Assembly: GCA_951406725.2 (NCBI GenBank)
Contig: OX597830.1
Span: 16,678,001 to 16,742,000 of the forward strand
Direction: 5' to 3'
DNA: 64,000 bases
Source of the DNA: Octopus vulgaris
Taxonomy: Eukaryota
Numbering within the stretch: the first letter of the stretch is position 1; each line of letters starts with the position of its first letter. This document shows, piece after piece, positions 25,380 through 40,440 of the stretch. Under the pieces are notes generated by a model. That model saw nothing but the letters and a program-made list of their open reading frames with translations. It searched no databases and was not told where the DNA came from. Position numbers and translations under genes: made by a program.

Positions 25380-26230
25380 GTCTTTAGAGCTGACTTCTGT
25401 GGAAATGCGTTTTATGCCATTAGCTACAGGATGCCTGAAAAGTTAGTCGTGCATCTGTGTTTGCAACTGAATAGATGCGTTAATTCTGTAAAGAGATGGA
25501 ACTCGAGCTGACGTCCTCTGTCTATCGTAATGGTAGTAGGTGTGTATCAAGGAAAATCCAATGAAGCACGAGTGTTGTACTGACTGTCTCAGCAGAGATG
25601 TTAGCCAGAGGAATGGCTTCAGGCCATTTGGAAAACCGATCGATGCAAGTCAGCAAGTAAGTATAATTCTGAGGTGAAGGCAGTGCTTCGACGATATTGA
25701 TAAGTATGTGTTGGAAAAACAAGTATCAGGTGTTGTGAAGGTGCCAAGTGATTGAATGATGTAGTGGTATGTTTTAGCTTTCTCACAAACCAAGTTAGCA
25801 TCAGTGTTTGAAAAACAATAGAATGCTGAGAAAACTGCTTGACAATACTTCTATAGCGTGTACTGGCTTTCGTGACCAGTGGAAACTTCTCATCAAATAT
25901 ATACAAATGAAGAAGGGAGAGACACAAATTAAAGTGTTAAATAACACAACTTCCGGAGGCTTGAAAGCTCTTCGTCCTGCTCCTAATCAGTTGCAATCTG
26001 TACAAGTTCAACGGAGGCAGAAGTATGTAAGTGCATTCAAATGAATGCGAGAGATAGCAACACTGATATGTCAAATATATATCAGATGAATCTGGGTGAT
26101 GGCATCATGACGAATTTCTCTTGGGGAGTGACAATCAGGTCAGGACCCGACGGCATCCGTGTATATTTAGAAAACAAAGTCTTTCTGCACGTGACGGACG
26201 CATTTTACACAAAGAAAAGTAGTTAATAGC
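25380..26230 (-). pseudogene. Ty3/Gypsy pol remnant (integrase core, traces of RNase H)
   Basis: ORF 25522-25722: FQHILINIVEALPSPQNYTYLLTCIDRFSKWPEAIPLANISAETV, followed after a frameshift by ITIDRGRQ; typical Gypsy integrase; many stops. Confidence 0.85.
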
Positions 26231-26574
26231 TTGCATCCGAAAGTTCTGAGTTTCGGGTGGCTGGAGATGCTTATAAAAGGAAAATGGTTGTAAATGGTTG
26301 TCAATCACTGATCGCTAGCTTCTGAAATGCAACTCTGATTCGAACAACCGATACATCCACTAAAAACATGCTACTAACTTGGGTTTTTCCATGAGCCAAT
26401 AAGACAATCTCAGACCATATTCTCGATTTTCGTAAAAAAGAGAGAGAGAGATCAACTCTTTGGCATCGAGAGGAATCAGTTGATTCTTCTTGTACGGTTT
26501 CTAAGCAAGAACGTCAATGGTTGAATTGCTTCCGCGCATGGGACGAAATCACGACAAAAGTTAATCAGTGAAGC

Positions 26575-27011
26575 AGTGGTTGTTGTTGTCGCTGTTTGTT
26601 TGTTTGTTTGTTGGTTGGTTGGTTGGTTGAGCGAAGCGGTCTTCGTCTCAGAGCTCGCAAGATCGCGCCTGTGTAGTGGGAGAAGTCTGAAACGTGGTCC
26701 TTTGCTATTTGTAAGACCCGCAGAAGAGAAAGCTGGTCAACCCTCGACACCGAGAGCATCGACGGATGGATGAATGCGCATCCAGACTCAGAGGTTGCGT
26801 AGGAAGTCGGGGACAAGAAACAGGAAGAAAGAGTGAGAGAAAGTTGGAGCGAAAGAGTACAACAGGGGTTGCCACCATCCCCTGCCAGAACCTCGTGGAG
26901 CTTTTAGGTGTTTTCGCTCAATAAACACACACAACGCCCGGTCTGGGAATCGAAACCGCGATCCTCCGACCGCGTGTCCGCTGCCCTAACCACTGGGCCA
27001 TTGTGCCTCCA
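26575..27011 (-). mobile_element. SINE family D with tail type Y
   Basis: Same head as 21534; different 3' part ending in (CAAC/AAAC)n. Confidence 0.85.
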
Positions 27012-27561
27012 TTTGTTGTTGCTGTTGTTGTTTGGTCTCAGGTAAGAATCTGATTGAGTCAATTTATTAAAAAAGGCAGTGCCACCACCGTGAGCATCTC
27101 TTTGTTTTGATATCATAGACTACATTGTCCAGCGTACCCTTTCTTTTTTAAAGACGCCATGATGCACGATGTGATGGCGACTTGGCTGCTATTCGTAGCG
27201 TTTCGAGCGACAACACAGAGTCCCCCGATTTAATTCGTAACTCTTTAGTTGCTGCTTAACCTCAAATCATCCTTGATCGAACACATTTTACGATGAAGAA
27301 TATTCCAACCGTGAGCATCTCGCCTCTTTCCTAGACACGGCAGAACGTAGCGAGAACGAACGAGAACACATCCAGTGCGTTCTGTTTTTCCAGACGACAG
27401 GGATGTAATTTGAGAGAGATGTGACTGGTATTTGTAGCAAACTCTATTTAAACTTTATGAAAATGATACAACAATCTTAAAAATGAAATAGAATAGAGAA
27501 TATGTAATATATATGTATGTATGTGTGTTTGTGGATGCGTGTGTGTGTGTTTGTATGTGTT

Positions 27562-27960
27562 TACTCTTTTACTTGTTTCAGTCATTTGACTGCAGCCATG
27601 CTGGAGCACCGCCTTTGGTCGAGCAAATCGACCCCAGGACTTATTCTTTGGAAGCCTAGTACTTATTCTATCGGTTTCTTTTGCCGAACCGCTAAGTTAC
27701 GGGGACGTAAACACACCAGCATCGGTTGTCAAGCGATGTTGGGGTGACAAACATACACACACACACACACACACACATAAATATATATATATATTTACGA
27801 CGGGCTTCTTTCAGTTTCCGTCTGCCAAATCCACTCACAAGGCTTTGGTTGGCCTGAGGCTATAGTAGAAGACACTTGCTCAAGGTGCCACACAGTGGGA
27901 CTGAATCCGGAACCATGTGGTTGGTAAGCAAGCTACTTACCACACAGCCACGCCTGCGCC
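27562..27960 (-). mobile_element. SINE family A
   Basis: Full-length match. Confidence 0.92.
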
Positions 27961-28245
27961 TATGTATATACATTCTTTTATTATTTTACTTGTTTCAGTC
28001 ATTTGACTGCGGCCATGCATATATACATATAATTTAAGCGATTATTAGTACTATTTGCATCAAGGATATTGGGGGTAAATAGGCAATTCTACCTGGGCGC
28101 GACCGAGATAATGTATGCGATTCCATCAGAGTTCAGTTAAACAACAGATTTATAATTTCCATTGAAAAAACATACATTTGCGAGGGAAAAGTACATTACA
28201 CGAATTAAAAATAATGCAACCAATTAAATACGTTCTTCGAAACCC

Positions 28246-28281
<36 letters not shown>

Positions 28282-28513
28282 TAGCAGTATCGCCCGGCGT
28301 TGCTCGGGTTTGTAAGGGAAATAACTATATAAGCATTTTTAGAGAGTTATTACAAAAGCGCTAATTCGAATGACCGCTAATTAAGATAAGGTTAAAAATT
28401 CATAGTAAACACGTAAGCATGCCTGTTCATACGTACACATGTGCGCTCGTGCACCAACGTGCGTACGTATACATCACTATGAAAACGTACACATCTTCAC
28501 TCGAAGGCGATGG

Positions 28514-28544
<31 letters not shown>

Positions 28545-29035
28545 GGTGGTGGTGGTAGCCGGGACAGTCAGGGATGTCGGTGATAGTAAGCGATGTGAAA
28601 GACAGTGGTGATGGTGGAAGGGAGGGCGGTTGAAGTGAAAGGTATTGATGGTAGTGGTGTCAGAAGTCTGAGTGGTGTGTGTTTGGCATATGTGGTGGCG
28701 ATAATGGTGGTACTGGTGATGGTGATGGTCGAAAACAATCATCAGAAAGAGAGAGGGAGAGAAAGATGTTAGACAGAAAAAAATTGTACTGACCCCCGAA
28801 TGGGAAGACAAAAGACGTTGTTTATCATGCTGCTATACAATAAGTTCCAAGTCGACAAATTATATCATCGTTTTGATAAAAATTGTTCATTATTTAAAAA
28901 ATATTGGTCAAGTTTAATAAAATTTAATAGGGACTCATTGCCTGAAGTGTCATTGTTGTGCTCAATGCCCAATGAAGAGCCCTCCGCAGGAGCTAGCTTA
29001 AGAGCCGCCCTATAAGGCGACTTTTAAGCTAGTAT

Positions 29036-29109
<74 letters not shown>

Positions 29110-29115
29110 TATTTC

Positions 29116-29160
29116 GGCCAGAATTCTTTCGTCACACTTCTGTGACCTCATCAGTGGTCC
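29116..29160 (-). ncRNA. Minimal type I hammerhead ribozyme motif
   Basis: Minus strand: GGACCA-CTGATGA-G-GTCACA-GAAG-TGTGAC-GAAA-GAA-TTC-TGGCC; canonical core boxes, 6-bp helix II, short helix I. Confidence 0.65.
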
Positions 29161-29208
29161 TTTGCTTTCTTCTTTCTTTTTTTGTGTGTCTTTCCTTACT
29201 AATGATCA

Positions 29209-29267
<59 letters not shown>

Positions 29268-29372
29268 TGATAAGAATGTTATAAACTTTCGAGAGAACGT
29301 AAAATAATTCTTTTTAAAGTAGCACACACATAATACTATAAACAATAACACAAAATCCACTTAGCTTTATGT

Positions 29373-29548
29373 ATTGCAGAAATTGAAGAAAAAAAAACAA
29401 CAAATATCTTACAAACTATAGAATTTTCTCAATAAAGCCAAGAGAAAAAGATGTTTTATAAACACATTCTACCAGTATACAAAGTTTAAAAGTGTTTAGT
29501 TACCTAGAAATTATTTTTAAAAAACTGCCGTTCAAACCGAAAAGATCC
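29373..29548 (+). mobile_element. Family M MITE, right-end fragment
   Basis: Matches the consensus through the TIR. Confidence 0.88.
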
Positions 29549-30340
<792 letters not shown>

Positions 30341-32642
30341 AAATTTCATTAGAACGTTATTGGGCAACTCAAGGCCGAAGTCGAACTGAGAACTACGATT
30401 TGCGGCAGTGAATTCAAGGTTTCATTATGTGTTAGTTACTACAAGGTAACTGCGTGGATTTGGGTTCAATCCCATTGTTTAGTACATTGGGCAAGTATCT
30501 TCTGCTATACCTCTCGTGGGTGGAATTTGAATGGCGGAAATTTTGCGAACGGCTATAGAGTAGTAAACTAAATCTGTTAACCTGACCTTTGCGCACATTT
30601 GGTGGAATGGAACATGTCAAAGATACCCAAAGGCCAGGCGCAGATCTTCGGTCTTCGGTCTTCGGATAATACCATTCCTACTTCCTAATAATTTTGGACT
30701 CCCTCAAAATAGTCATGTGCATTGTCCTTCTTTCTCTAAGTCATGTAAAAAATTTAAAATAAGGAAATTTAGAAAAGTCATGAGTGCATTTTCGATTCCT
30801 GATGATTAAGGTTTATTTTATTCATTGGTTTTTATGATAGATTAAGATATGATCAATAGAGTTTCTGTGGCTTGGAAACCAGGAAACTGCAAATAGTTCT
30901 TTAAGTAATTTAGTAGAATTATTTCCAGTTTCAGCGGGGAAATGTTTACGAGAAATAAATGTGATTATAGTATAGAAAAAGACCTGTAGAATTAGTGCAG
31001 CGGTGGAAAGGTGAACTTAGGTTTTTTTGATAATATATCATTCAGAACATCACTTTTTGGATTTGAAACCCCGCTTGGATAGAATTTGCTTTTCATCTCA
31101 AAGATTCGATAAAACAAGTACCAATAATGTAATGAATCAATCGATTATGTTTTCTTATTACACCAAAGGACCTTGTCTCTACGTTTAAAAAAAAATCAAT
31201 AATCAGTTGTATATTGTCTTTGTTGTCTTCTTTTACCGAAGAATTGATATTACTCTCGGATAATGTCACCAAACAATTCTCTGCAGTGTAGTTGATGCTA
31301 TTTGCCATAGTACAACAATGGCGTTGTACAACTGGACTTTTTAGGTGTTGGCAAAACCGGAATTATACGATAAATAATTACCACTCCTTTAAAATACATC
31401 GTCAGCTATCCTGGTAAGCGAAAGATAAAAAAAAAGTATGAGTTACCGAGAAATAAATTTTAATGGTTCTTTTGCCCTTTTTTTTTCTTTCTTTTTCTTC
31501 CACCAACGCAGGAATACTCTGTCAATGGAAGCAAGATAACAGAATTATGGAAACGATAGTGAGAAAACAGATGTATGAGAATATCGTTATCAGTTTTATG
31601 AAGTCAGTGTAAATACGAACCAAAAGGATTGTGTATTGAATAGGAACAGATGTTATCGAACAACGATTGTCGGAAGCCTGCAAGTTATGAAAATATTTGA
31701 AAGATAAAAAAAATTGGTCGGAATATCAGAAAAAAATGCTTGCTAAATGTCATTAGAGAGAGATGGGGAAGTGGAAGGAGTTTGGTAACACTGAGTATTA
31801 GACTTATATTGCTGTGGTTATTTTCTGACTTATATGTTAAAGCCAGCAAAATAAAGAAAATATAATGAGAAGAGAAATGATACTACTGTGCATATAGCAG
31901 TGGATTTAATACACATATAATTGATTATCATATATGGTGCATCGCCACTACTAGTTCTTCATTCAACAAGAAACCCCCTCCCCTCGAATAGGTACAACTT
32001 TCTACAGTTTGAATTAAATTTCTTTGTTTGATAGCTTAGATATCTCAGAAATTATAGAAGCCGCGAAATCTTCTCGTTTTAAATTATTACTAATCAAAAA
32101 TGCTGCATTTTTTTTTTATTTAGAAATTTTTGCTTTAACAAATTATTTAGGTGGGGGAGAGAGAGACGACCTTGCCCAGCATAGTTACGGGTGTTACACA
32201 TTCATATCTATGTGTATACGTAGGTATACGTGTGTAGAATACATACCCACTTTTGGCAGTATTTTGTTAGTAAACAGTATGAACTACGTCTAAGGCGGAG
32301 CCGCGCGTTTGTATCACTCCGCCGCATATCGACAGTTCGTAAAACAGATAAAGTAAATAAACACGTAAAACAATAACAATGCCTTCATTGAGTTGTCTAT
32401 CATCCCATCAAGAACGAAACAATGCATAGTTACTGGTTGCCGTTTGGCAACGAATAGCACCCGTTCAGCCACCCTGCCAGGGGATACGAAGAAGTCATGG
32501 GACTGCAGCGTAGTGGATTGTGAAGAGGTGGCAGAATAGCCAACGGTGCTGCTTACATGGTTACTATGCGGAGGAATCCTAGAAGATCAACGGTCAGGAT
32601 CGCCAAGATTTATCAAGAGAGTAACTGCAATATATATATCGT

Positions 32643-32874
32643 AAGGTAGCGAGCTGGCAGAAACGTTAGCACGCTGGACGAAATGCTTTGCGGCATTTCG
32701 TCTGCCGTTACGTTCTGAGTTCAAATTCCGCCGAGGTCGACTTTGCCTTTCATCCTTTCGGGGTCGATAAATTAAGTACCAGTTACGCACTGGAGTCGAT
32801 GCAATCGACTTAATCCGTTCGTCTGTCCTTGTTTGTTCCCTCTGTGCTTAGCCCCTTTGTGGGTAGTAAAGAAA
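32643..32874 (+). mobile_element. SINE family B
   Basis: Full-length match. Confidence 0.9.
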
Positions 32875-33212
32875 TATATATATTGTGAATATATTAACTG
32901 AATATGAGAAGATAGCCAACAAAAGTTGTTTGGTCCCAAGTTAATCAAATAGGTTTACTGTAATCAAAGGCATTATAGTAATGACCTATTAGTTTCCCGT
33001 AGGGTTATGAAGGACTGACTGCATTATCAAATGTATCCTTTCTTTATTTGTATTAAGGTTTTCGAGGGAATATTTATCTACTATTTCAATCATGCCAAGC
33101 GTCGTGAATTTGCCATCTCGTTAGCTCGACACATCGGAAGAACCCTAAGTTACCAGCCTCTGTAGTCAAGAAATTGAAAGCATGACTTTTCTGATAAAGC
33201 AGCTGAATGCAT

Positions 33213-33600
33213 ACTGCTGCTGTTGTTGCTGTTGAGGGTAGCGGTCCTCGTCCCAGAGCTCGCAAGATGGGAGAAGTCCGAAACGTGGTCCTTTGCTATT
33301 CGTAAGACCCGCAGAAGAGAAAGCAGGTCAACCCCCGACACCGAGAGCATCGACGGATGGATGAATACGCATCCAGGGTCAGCGGTTGCGTAGCAAGTCG
33401 GGGACAAGAAACAAGAAGAAAGAGTGAGAGTAAGTTGGAGCGAAAGAGTACAACAGGGGTCGCTCCCCCCACCAGCCGGAACCTCGTGGAGCTTTAGGTG
33501 TTTTCGCTCAATAAACACACACAACGCCCGGTCTGGGAATCGAAACCGCGATCCTCCGACCGCAAGTCCGCTGCACAAACCATTGGGCCATTGTACCTCC
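33213..33600 (-). mobile_element. SINE family D with tail type Y
   Basis: Matches 26575-27011; flanking duplication GCTGAATGCATA. Confidence 0.88.
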
Positions 33601-34699
33601 GCTGAATGCATATGAACCAACTGCATGGGTAATAAATATGGCCTGATGACTTAAATATAAATGAAGGTAACTAATTCGGGTCTGCGATCTATTTATCGGC
33701 ATCAAATACTTGAAATATTTATCTTAATATCATTTCTACCAAATGCATTCAAGGCAGTGAACTGGCAGAACCGTTAAGCACGCCGATATTTAGTCGCATT
33801 ATTTTCGTCTTTACGTTCTGAATGGTCTTTGTCTTTCATTCTTTCGGGATCAATAAAATAATACCAACTGAGTACTGGTTGTTATTTTATGCCGTTCCCC
33901 CCCAAATTTTTGGCCTTGTGTCTATCTGTAGTAGAGAGAATTATTAACTATATTAAACAAATAGACGTGTATTTGATGAATCATTACATTTTTGTTTTTA
34001 CTCATTTTTATTTATTAGAAATACTCCAAGACTAGTAGGCTTTATTTAAAATAGGTTGGTATGCAAATTTTAAAAAAAAATTATCACATCCTGTTGTATA
34101 TGTTATATTTCCGGCATTAAATCTGATAATATCGGGATTAATTGAAAGGCATTCCTCATCCTAAATCAGTTATGAAATTACTCTGCTTTAATATATATAG
34201 TTACCAACGAATCTTATGAAATGATATGAAACAGATTGTTTTTTAAATCTCTTCTCGGAATTGGAAATAAAGAAACAGTTGAGTTTTCATTCCATTTCAG
34301 GATCTTTAGTAAAAGAACAGATGGAATATTCCACAGTTTTCCTTTAATCCAGCGTTTTATAATTAGATGTTCCTCACCTGTGGCAATAAATTTAATACAA
34401 TCGAATACATACGGTCAACAAATGTCATTCATTCACGAACAAATGAATTAGTGACCAAGATGTAAAAAAAAAATTAGACATTACATCTCACTGCTTATGA
34501 ATCAATCTTATTATGTGTATATAAATATAATCAGTCTTGCAGAAGAGAATATTTCTAAGTTTAATATAACCGAACGTTCAAGTATATTTAGGCCTGAAGC
34601 GAATTTAACAGGACTTGAAACCGCTTCCTGATGACGATTTCTCATTAATTTGGATTTTAATTCTAAACAATTTTTATAGAAAAGCTAATTATTTTGCTA

Positions 34700-35064
34700 T
34701 CTTTCTATAGATATAAACGGCAAAATGTGTGTGTGTGTGTTCTTTATACAAATCCACAATTTTTCAGTTAGAGGGCATGCACTTTCTATGGTCATTCAAA
34801 ACCGTCCAAGGATGGTCGTGCACATCTTTACATTTCCTCAGTCACCCTGCAAAGCCATTAAAAAATCAATAGAAGTGACTTTTTTGTGAATTTTCTATCC
34901 AAAACCCAATCTAAATGCCGAAACTTGATTCGCCAATTGAATGCCAGCTAGCTGTATGTGATTGGTCGGAGATTTGGACAGTACTCGCGTCTATGTACGC
35001 ACGCACGCAGCTGTATATGCATGCACTAGCACTATGACCCGGCGTTGCCGGGTCATAGTGCTAG
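34700..35064 (+). mobile_element. Non-autonomous Helitron
   Basis: A|TC start (TCTTTCTATAGATATAAAC), internal (GT)n, subterminal hairpin, CTAG|T end. Confidence 0.7.
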
Positions 35065-35094
35065 TAATATTTATAACCTTTTCTACAACAGACA

Positions 35095-35600
35095 CTAGGC
35101 ATCAAATTTTGTGAGGAGAGGGTTATTTGTATTACATCCACCTCAGTACTTGATTGGAACCTTATCTTATCGACCCCGAAAATATGAAAGCAAAGCCGAC
35201 CTCTGCTTGATTCGAACTCAGAACGTAAAGAGCCGAAAGAAATGCTATTTTTGTCCAACTTGCTAATGAATCTGCCAAGCTCAGCGCCATTTTCATTATA
35301 ATATTGATTTCAAATTTTTGGCACAAGGCCAGCAAGTTCTGGAGAGGGGGGGTAAGTTGATTATATTGACCCCAGTGTTCAACTGGTATTTATTTTATCC
35401 ACTCCGAGAAGATTTGAATTCAGAACGTGAAGACGGACGAAATACTGCAAAGCATTTTGCTCCAAGAGCTAACGATTCTGCCAGCTCGCTGCCCTATGAC
35501 TGGTTTCAAATTTTGGGTCAGGGCCAGCAGTTTTTGGGAGGGGCTAAGTCGATTCCATCGACCCCAGCATTCCGCTGGTACTTATTTTATCGGCCCTGAA
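35095..35600 (-). mobile_element. Cluster of three diverged SINE B-type copies/fragments
   Basis: Repeated GGTAYTTATTTTATC and GAAYTCAGAACGT motifs. Confidence 0.7.
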
Positions 35601-35822
35601 GCTCTGAATGTACACTGCCTGGAATGATCACGCCTTAATAATCACTTCGTGAACATAGGCTTGTGATAACAATTCCGGCTTGGTGTAAAATAATAATAAT
35701 AATAAGGAAATTCCATTGATCAGTTTTATCCAAACTGAAAATCACAGCATATACGACCAATGTTTGCGAACCAATTTCATAAAAAAATAGCGGATTGTGT
35801 TGCAAAATAGCCCAATGCGTTC

Positions 35823-35853
<31 letters not shown>

Positions 35854-35984
35854 CAAAATTTAGAGGACTGACCACTAAACGTGGACAGCCTGTATGCTAG
35901 ATATAGACGTCAAAATCATGCTGATGATCTTGCAGCTGTTTACGTATCCATATTAACAAGTGAACCTAATTAGTACATAGGTAA

Positions 35985-36147
35985 TCGTTTTGAGACCCGG
36001 TACTTATTATATCGGTTCTTTTGCCCAACTGCTAGGTTATAGAAACATAAATACACTGACATTCATTTTCAAGCGGTGGTGGAGACAAACAGAAACCAAG
36101 ACACATGCATATGTGTGTGTGCGTGTGTGTGTGTGTTTGTGTGTGTT

Positions 36148-36186
<39 letters not shown>

Positions 36187-36385
36187 TTGTGTGTGTGTGT
36201 GTGTGTGTGTGTGTGAGTGTGGAGGGGGGGGCGCGCGCGTCTGTTTACGCCCCCGTAACTTAGCGGTTCGGAAAAGCGACCGATATAATAAGTACAAGGC
36301 TTACAATGAATAAGTCCTGGAGTCAATTTGTTCGACTAAAGGAGGTGCCCCAACATGGTCGCAGTCAAATGACAGAAACAAATGA
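35985..36385. mobile_element. Two SINE A 3' fragments in opposite orientation around a (GT)n tract
   Basis: 36238-36385 is a plus-strand tail match; 35985-36085 is a diverged minus-strand match. Confidence 0.6.
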
Positions 36386-37408
36386 ATAAATGAATATATA
36401 TATGCACATATGCACGTGTGCATACGCATACACACACATATACAGAGAGAGAGAGAGAGGAGTGAGAGAGAGGGGAGAGAGTGAGAAGGGTGAGAAAGAG
36501 ACTCATGGTTGTATTAACAATACATATACTAAATATCAAATCATCCACGTGCAATAATAAATTCAATTATAAATGACATTTCACATCGTGTTTCTAAAAT
36601 TTCAACGAACAAAGATATTTTTCCTGTCATACTAGCTACTATACTTCAGCTCTTTCTAGACCCGAGTATAAAGTTACAATAGAGTATATCAATAATGCAA
36701 ACGATAAACAATAATTAGGTACTACAAATGATAAACTAATTGATAATTTTTTAATGATTCCATTAACACTGAATATCGTAAAATTTATAAATTTTTAAAT
36801 AAACAAAATAATTATGAGCAATTTCATAAAGCACATGACAATAAGTACTGCAATAATAGATTTAATGATGATAAATACAACTCTAATGGTACTAATAATG
36901 ATTATAATAACCTTACTAATAAATATGCAGTTAATAAAGATAATGAATGTTAGAAATCTAATACATCATTTCACAGAAAAGTCATATAGTATAATGCTCC
37001 ATTTAGTAGTCGTGTATTTACTAAAATACCTTTTTCTGTCTTTCAGCTTTTAGAAAAAGACCGCCCAATAATAAATACCACAAAATTTTCAATAAACACT
37101 ATAAAATTCTCTTATTCTGCGATGCCTAATATAATTGACATTCTAACTTTCTTAAATTATCAAAAACTTAATAATATATATAATCATTTTTATCCCTGAG
37201 GTAACAATAATAATGATAATAATATCAATACAATTTCTAATCCTAACAATAGTACTATTATAACTAATAATAATACTTCTACTATAACTAATACTTCCAT
37301 TAATACTAATACTACATCTGCTATTACTACAGATAATAGTAATAGCGGTGGTTATATCACATTAACCATATTAACTATGACGAGAATTATAACGATAATA
37401 AGAATATA

Positions 37409-37430
37409 GCTGCTGCTGCTGCTGCTGCTG

Positions 37431-37483
<53 letters not shown>

Positions 37484-37581
37484 GCTGCTGCTATTACTAC
37501 TGCTGCTGCTGCTGCTGCTGCTTTGTTGCTACTGTTGCTACAGCTGCTGTTACTACTACTGCAGTAATGATAATAATAATG

Positions 37582-37645
<64 letters not shown>
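37409..37645. repeat. (CTG)n/(CTA)n/(TAA)n trinucleotide tract
   Basis: Visible. Confidence 0.95.
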
Positions 37646-37648
<3 letters not shown>

Positions 37649-38551
37649 ATACCCTGATGCAGTTTCAGTCAGTGGCTCTCATGGCTTCTCATCTTAACCA
37701 ATTGGAAGTGTTTTGTCTTGGTGTTTTAGTGGCTAACGATATGTGCATTTTTGATCACGAGCAAAAGTAATGGGGGAGCATCATAGACCTTGTGTTAAGA
37801 GGAATTTTGTGGAGTTTGAATAATTCACCTCTGGAAACATGGGTGTTTCATTCATCATCTTTAATGAAACCTTGTTCAAGGACAAGGATTTGAGAAGGAT
37901 GGGCTACTCGACCTGAAGAAAATTCTAACTGGACTCCACCTGCAAGGTCATGCGTTGATTATCGTGATATGAGATCACCATGTCGCGCACATATCGTTGT
38001 GATGCATGTTCCTGGCGTACTCTTTCTACCCCAGTGTCACTTAGACAGCATATGTTGCTCTCTCACTCAGTAATGATAATAATATTGAAATCAGATCATA
38101 TTACAATAATCTCAACAACAATATCATAAGACCAAATTCAATTAGGTTATGTAACTGTCGAATAAAAACGTTTTTTCCTTTAAATAATAAATGTTTTCTG
38201 GAAAACGTAATTTATAGATGCTCCGTCCATACTCAATATAAAACATACCAATATAAAGACGCCATATCTACGAAATTTAAGGTATTATAACCACATATTT
38301 TCTTTCAAATATAAAAGAAATTCTAGCAATACATCCTTGCCCACTCTTATTTGGAATTTAAAAAATTAAAATATATTATACACTATCTTGGATTATAATT
38401 AGAAATGTTATTTCCTACAAATCAGATAGCAAATTTTGTAATCTACATTTTTTAGAAAGTATAGTAAGTTTAAATTGTAAAAACCGAATTAACCAGCACG
38501 ATGAATTACTTATTTGATGCCCACTTAAAAAATATAACACCTTTCAGTACT

Positions 38552-38935
38552 TCAATATTTCTCAATAAAATTATTACTATAATCTAAAATATACTCTCCT
38601 TCATTTTTTACAATGCTCTGACATCTATCTGTTAGACTTGCACGGCCCCTCTTCCAAAATTCACTTGTCCCAGACGAAAAATACTCGTTCGCTACTGTCC
38701 TGACTTCGTCTACAGAAATCATATTTTCTCCGTTCAAATGATTTTTAAGACTGCACAATAAGTGATAATCAGATGGGGCAATGTCAGACGAATATGGTGG
38801 GTAGGGTATCGTTTCCCATTCAAATTACTCCAGCCCTTGGAATGTCATACTCGCTGCATGTGGCCGAGCATTATCCTGATGGAAGAATATCTTTCGTCTT
38901 GAAACCAAAGATGGTCGTTTTTCTTCTAAATATTT
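38552..38935 (-). pseudogene. Mariner transposase C-terminal remnant
   Basis: QDNARPHAA...WETIPYPPYSSDIAPSDYHLLCSLKNHLNGE...EGEY matches the mariner HDNARPH and YSPDLAPSDYHLF motifs. Confidence 0.9.
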
Positions 38936-39493
38936 GGTCGGATCAGTGTCTTACTACCCTGACAAATTTAGCTTACGGGAGGTTTAACTTCACCTACACG
39001 ACCAGGGCTTTTTTTTTTTTGAGACATTGTTTTGCAAATGAAGCACGTCTTATATGCCATCAAATACCGTATTGCCTGTTGGTCGACAAGAAATTACATA
39101 ATTGATAATTTAATGTGATTTTCAATAGGATTTTAAACTTTAAAAATTAAAACTTTAATGTAACAAATGTAAAACAAAAAAATTAAAAACCCATTTTAGT
39201 GAGCAGTCCTTAAAAGTAGCGCAATGCTCTACTGGTTGTCCAAATATGGCTATCTTAAATTTAGAACGACAGCCATCTCCGGAGTTTACTGTATGTACAG
39301 AATTTGCTTTTACATAAAGAAAATAACCAATATTAACGTCAACCATTGAGAAAGATTCCATTATGCGCGTATAACAACGAAAATGCACTTAACACGAAAA
39401 TAGTCCAAGCGATGACAAGTGGTACAATCTTTACTTTATAGTTCCATAAGATGGATGGAATGAGAGGCCACGCATAAACATATTTATAACCTA

Positions 39494-39892
39494 CTAGAAG
39501 TATCGCCTGGCGTTGCTCGGGTTTGTAAGGGAAATAACTATATAAGCATTTTTAGAGATGTAAAGTATAATAGCCATCTCAATATGGCTAACCACAAAGG
39601 GGGGGGTGTTACTGTAGCTTTTTTACGTTCTGAGATTTGATAATAAATTTTTAGAGAGTTACTTCCCTTATATATGCTAAAAATGCATTAAAAAATGGGG
39701 AAAATTGATGGTAAATTTTTTTTTAAATCGTAGACTCATCGTAGACGTGCGCTAATACCCAGAAGGGCTCGATATGAATCACGACTATAAGATACCCGGT
39801 TTTGGTTAAACTGCACCGCAAAATGTGGGAGTAGTTAGGAATCTAAATCGTAGGAGACAGACAGCACACAACCTCTCTTTTATATATAAAGA
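39494..39892 (-). mobile_element. Complete non-autonomous Helitron
   Basis: Minus strand A|TCTTTATATATAAAAG ... CCCGAGCAACGCCAGG hairpin ... CTAG|T; no TSD. Confidence 0.8.
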
Positions 39893-40440
39893 TATCTGAT
39901 GCTTGATGATTTTTTTTTTTTGGTCAGAAACGTCGTGTTGGTTTACATAATTGTTGGAAACCACAAAATCTTTTTACAGCGGAACAGTATCTTGAAATGA
40001 CAAGCAAAATAAGCAGCATGTTTTGGATACAAAAGACAGTTATGTCTGGATGACATGTCACAACAAATTTTAAATGTTTGTGCTCTATTTTTAAGTATAA
40101 AATAAAGTTGTTGCTTTTGTTTTTAAATAAAAGTAAAACAAAAACTATTAATGTGTAACCTTATTCGTACGCATGCGCATGTGCGTCTTGAAAATAATTG
40201 GTCCTTTGTAATCATCTATAGTTAACAATTTAACGTATCTCTTAACAAACGAGAGTTATATATGTACAAGCTTGTCACACTGTCACGTTGTTTAATTTAT
40301 CTGCTGCGTAAGATAATCAAAAACACAATTATAAAATGCATTTTGTTTTAGATTTTCACGAGGCACTTCCTGGTTTAATCTATCCGGTTTAACGACCATC
40401 TATCTTCCTTGTGTGGATTTATATGCTACAGTTTTTTTAG

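Noticed and set aside
37646-38072. Possible microsatellite-associated retroelement fragment
   Set aside because: Single copy in the window with no recognisable coding motif; cannot be supported
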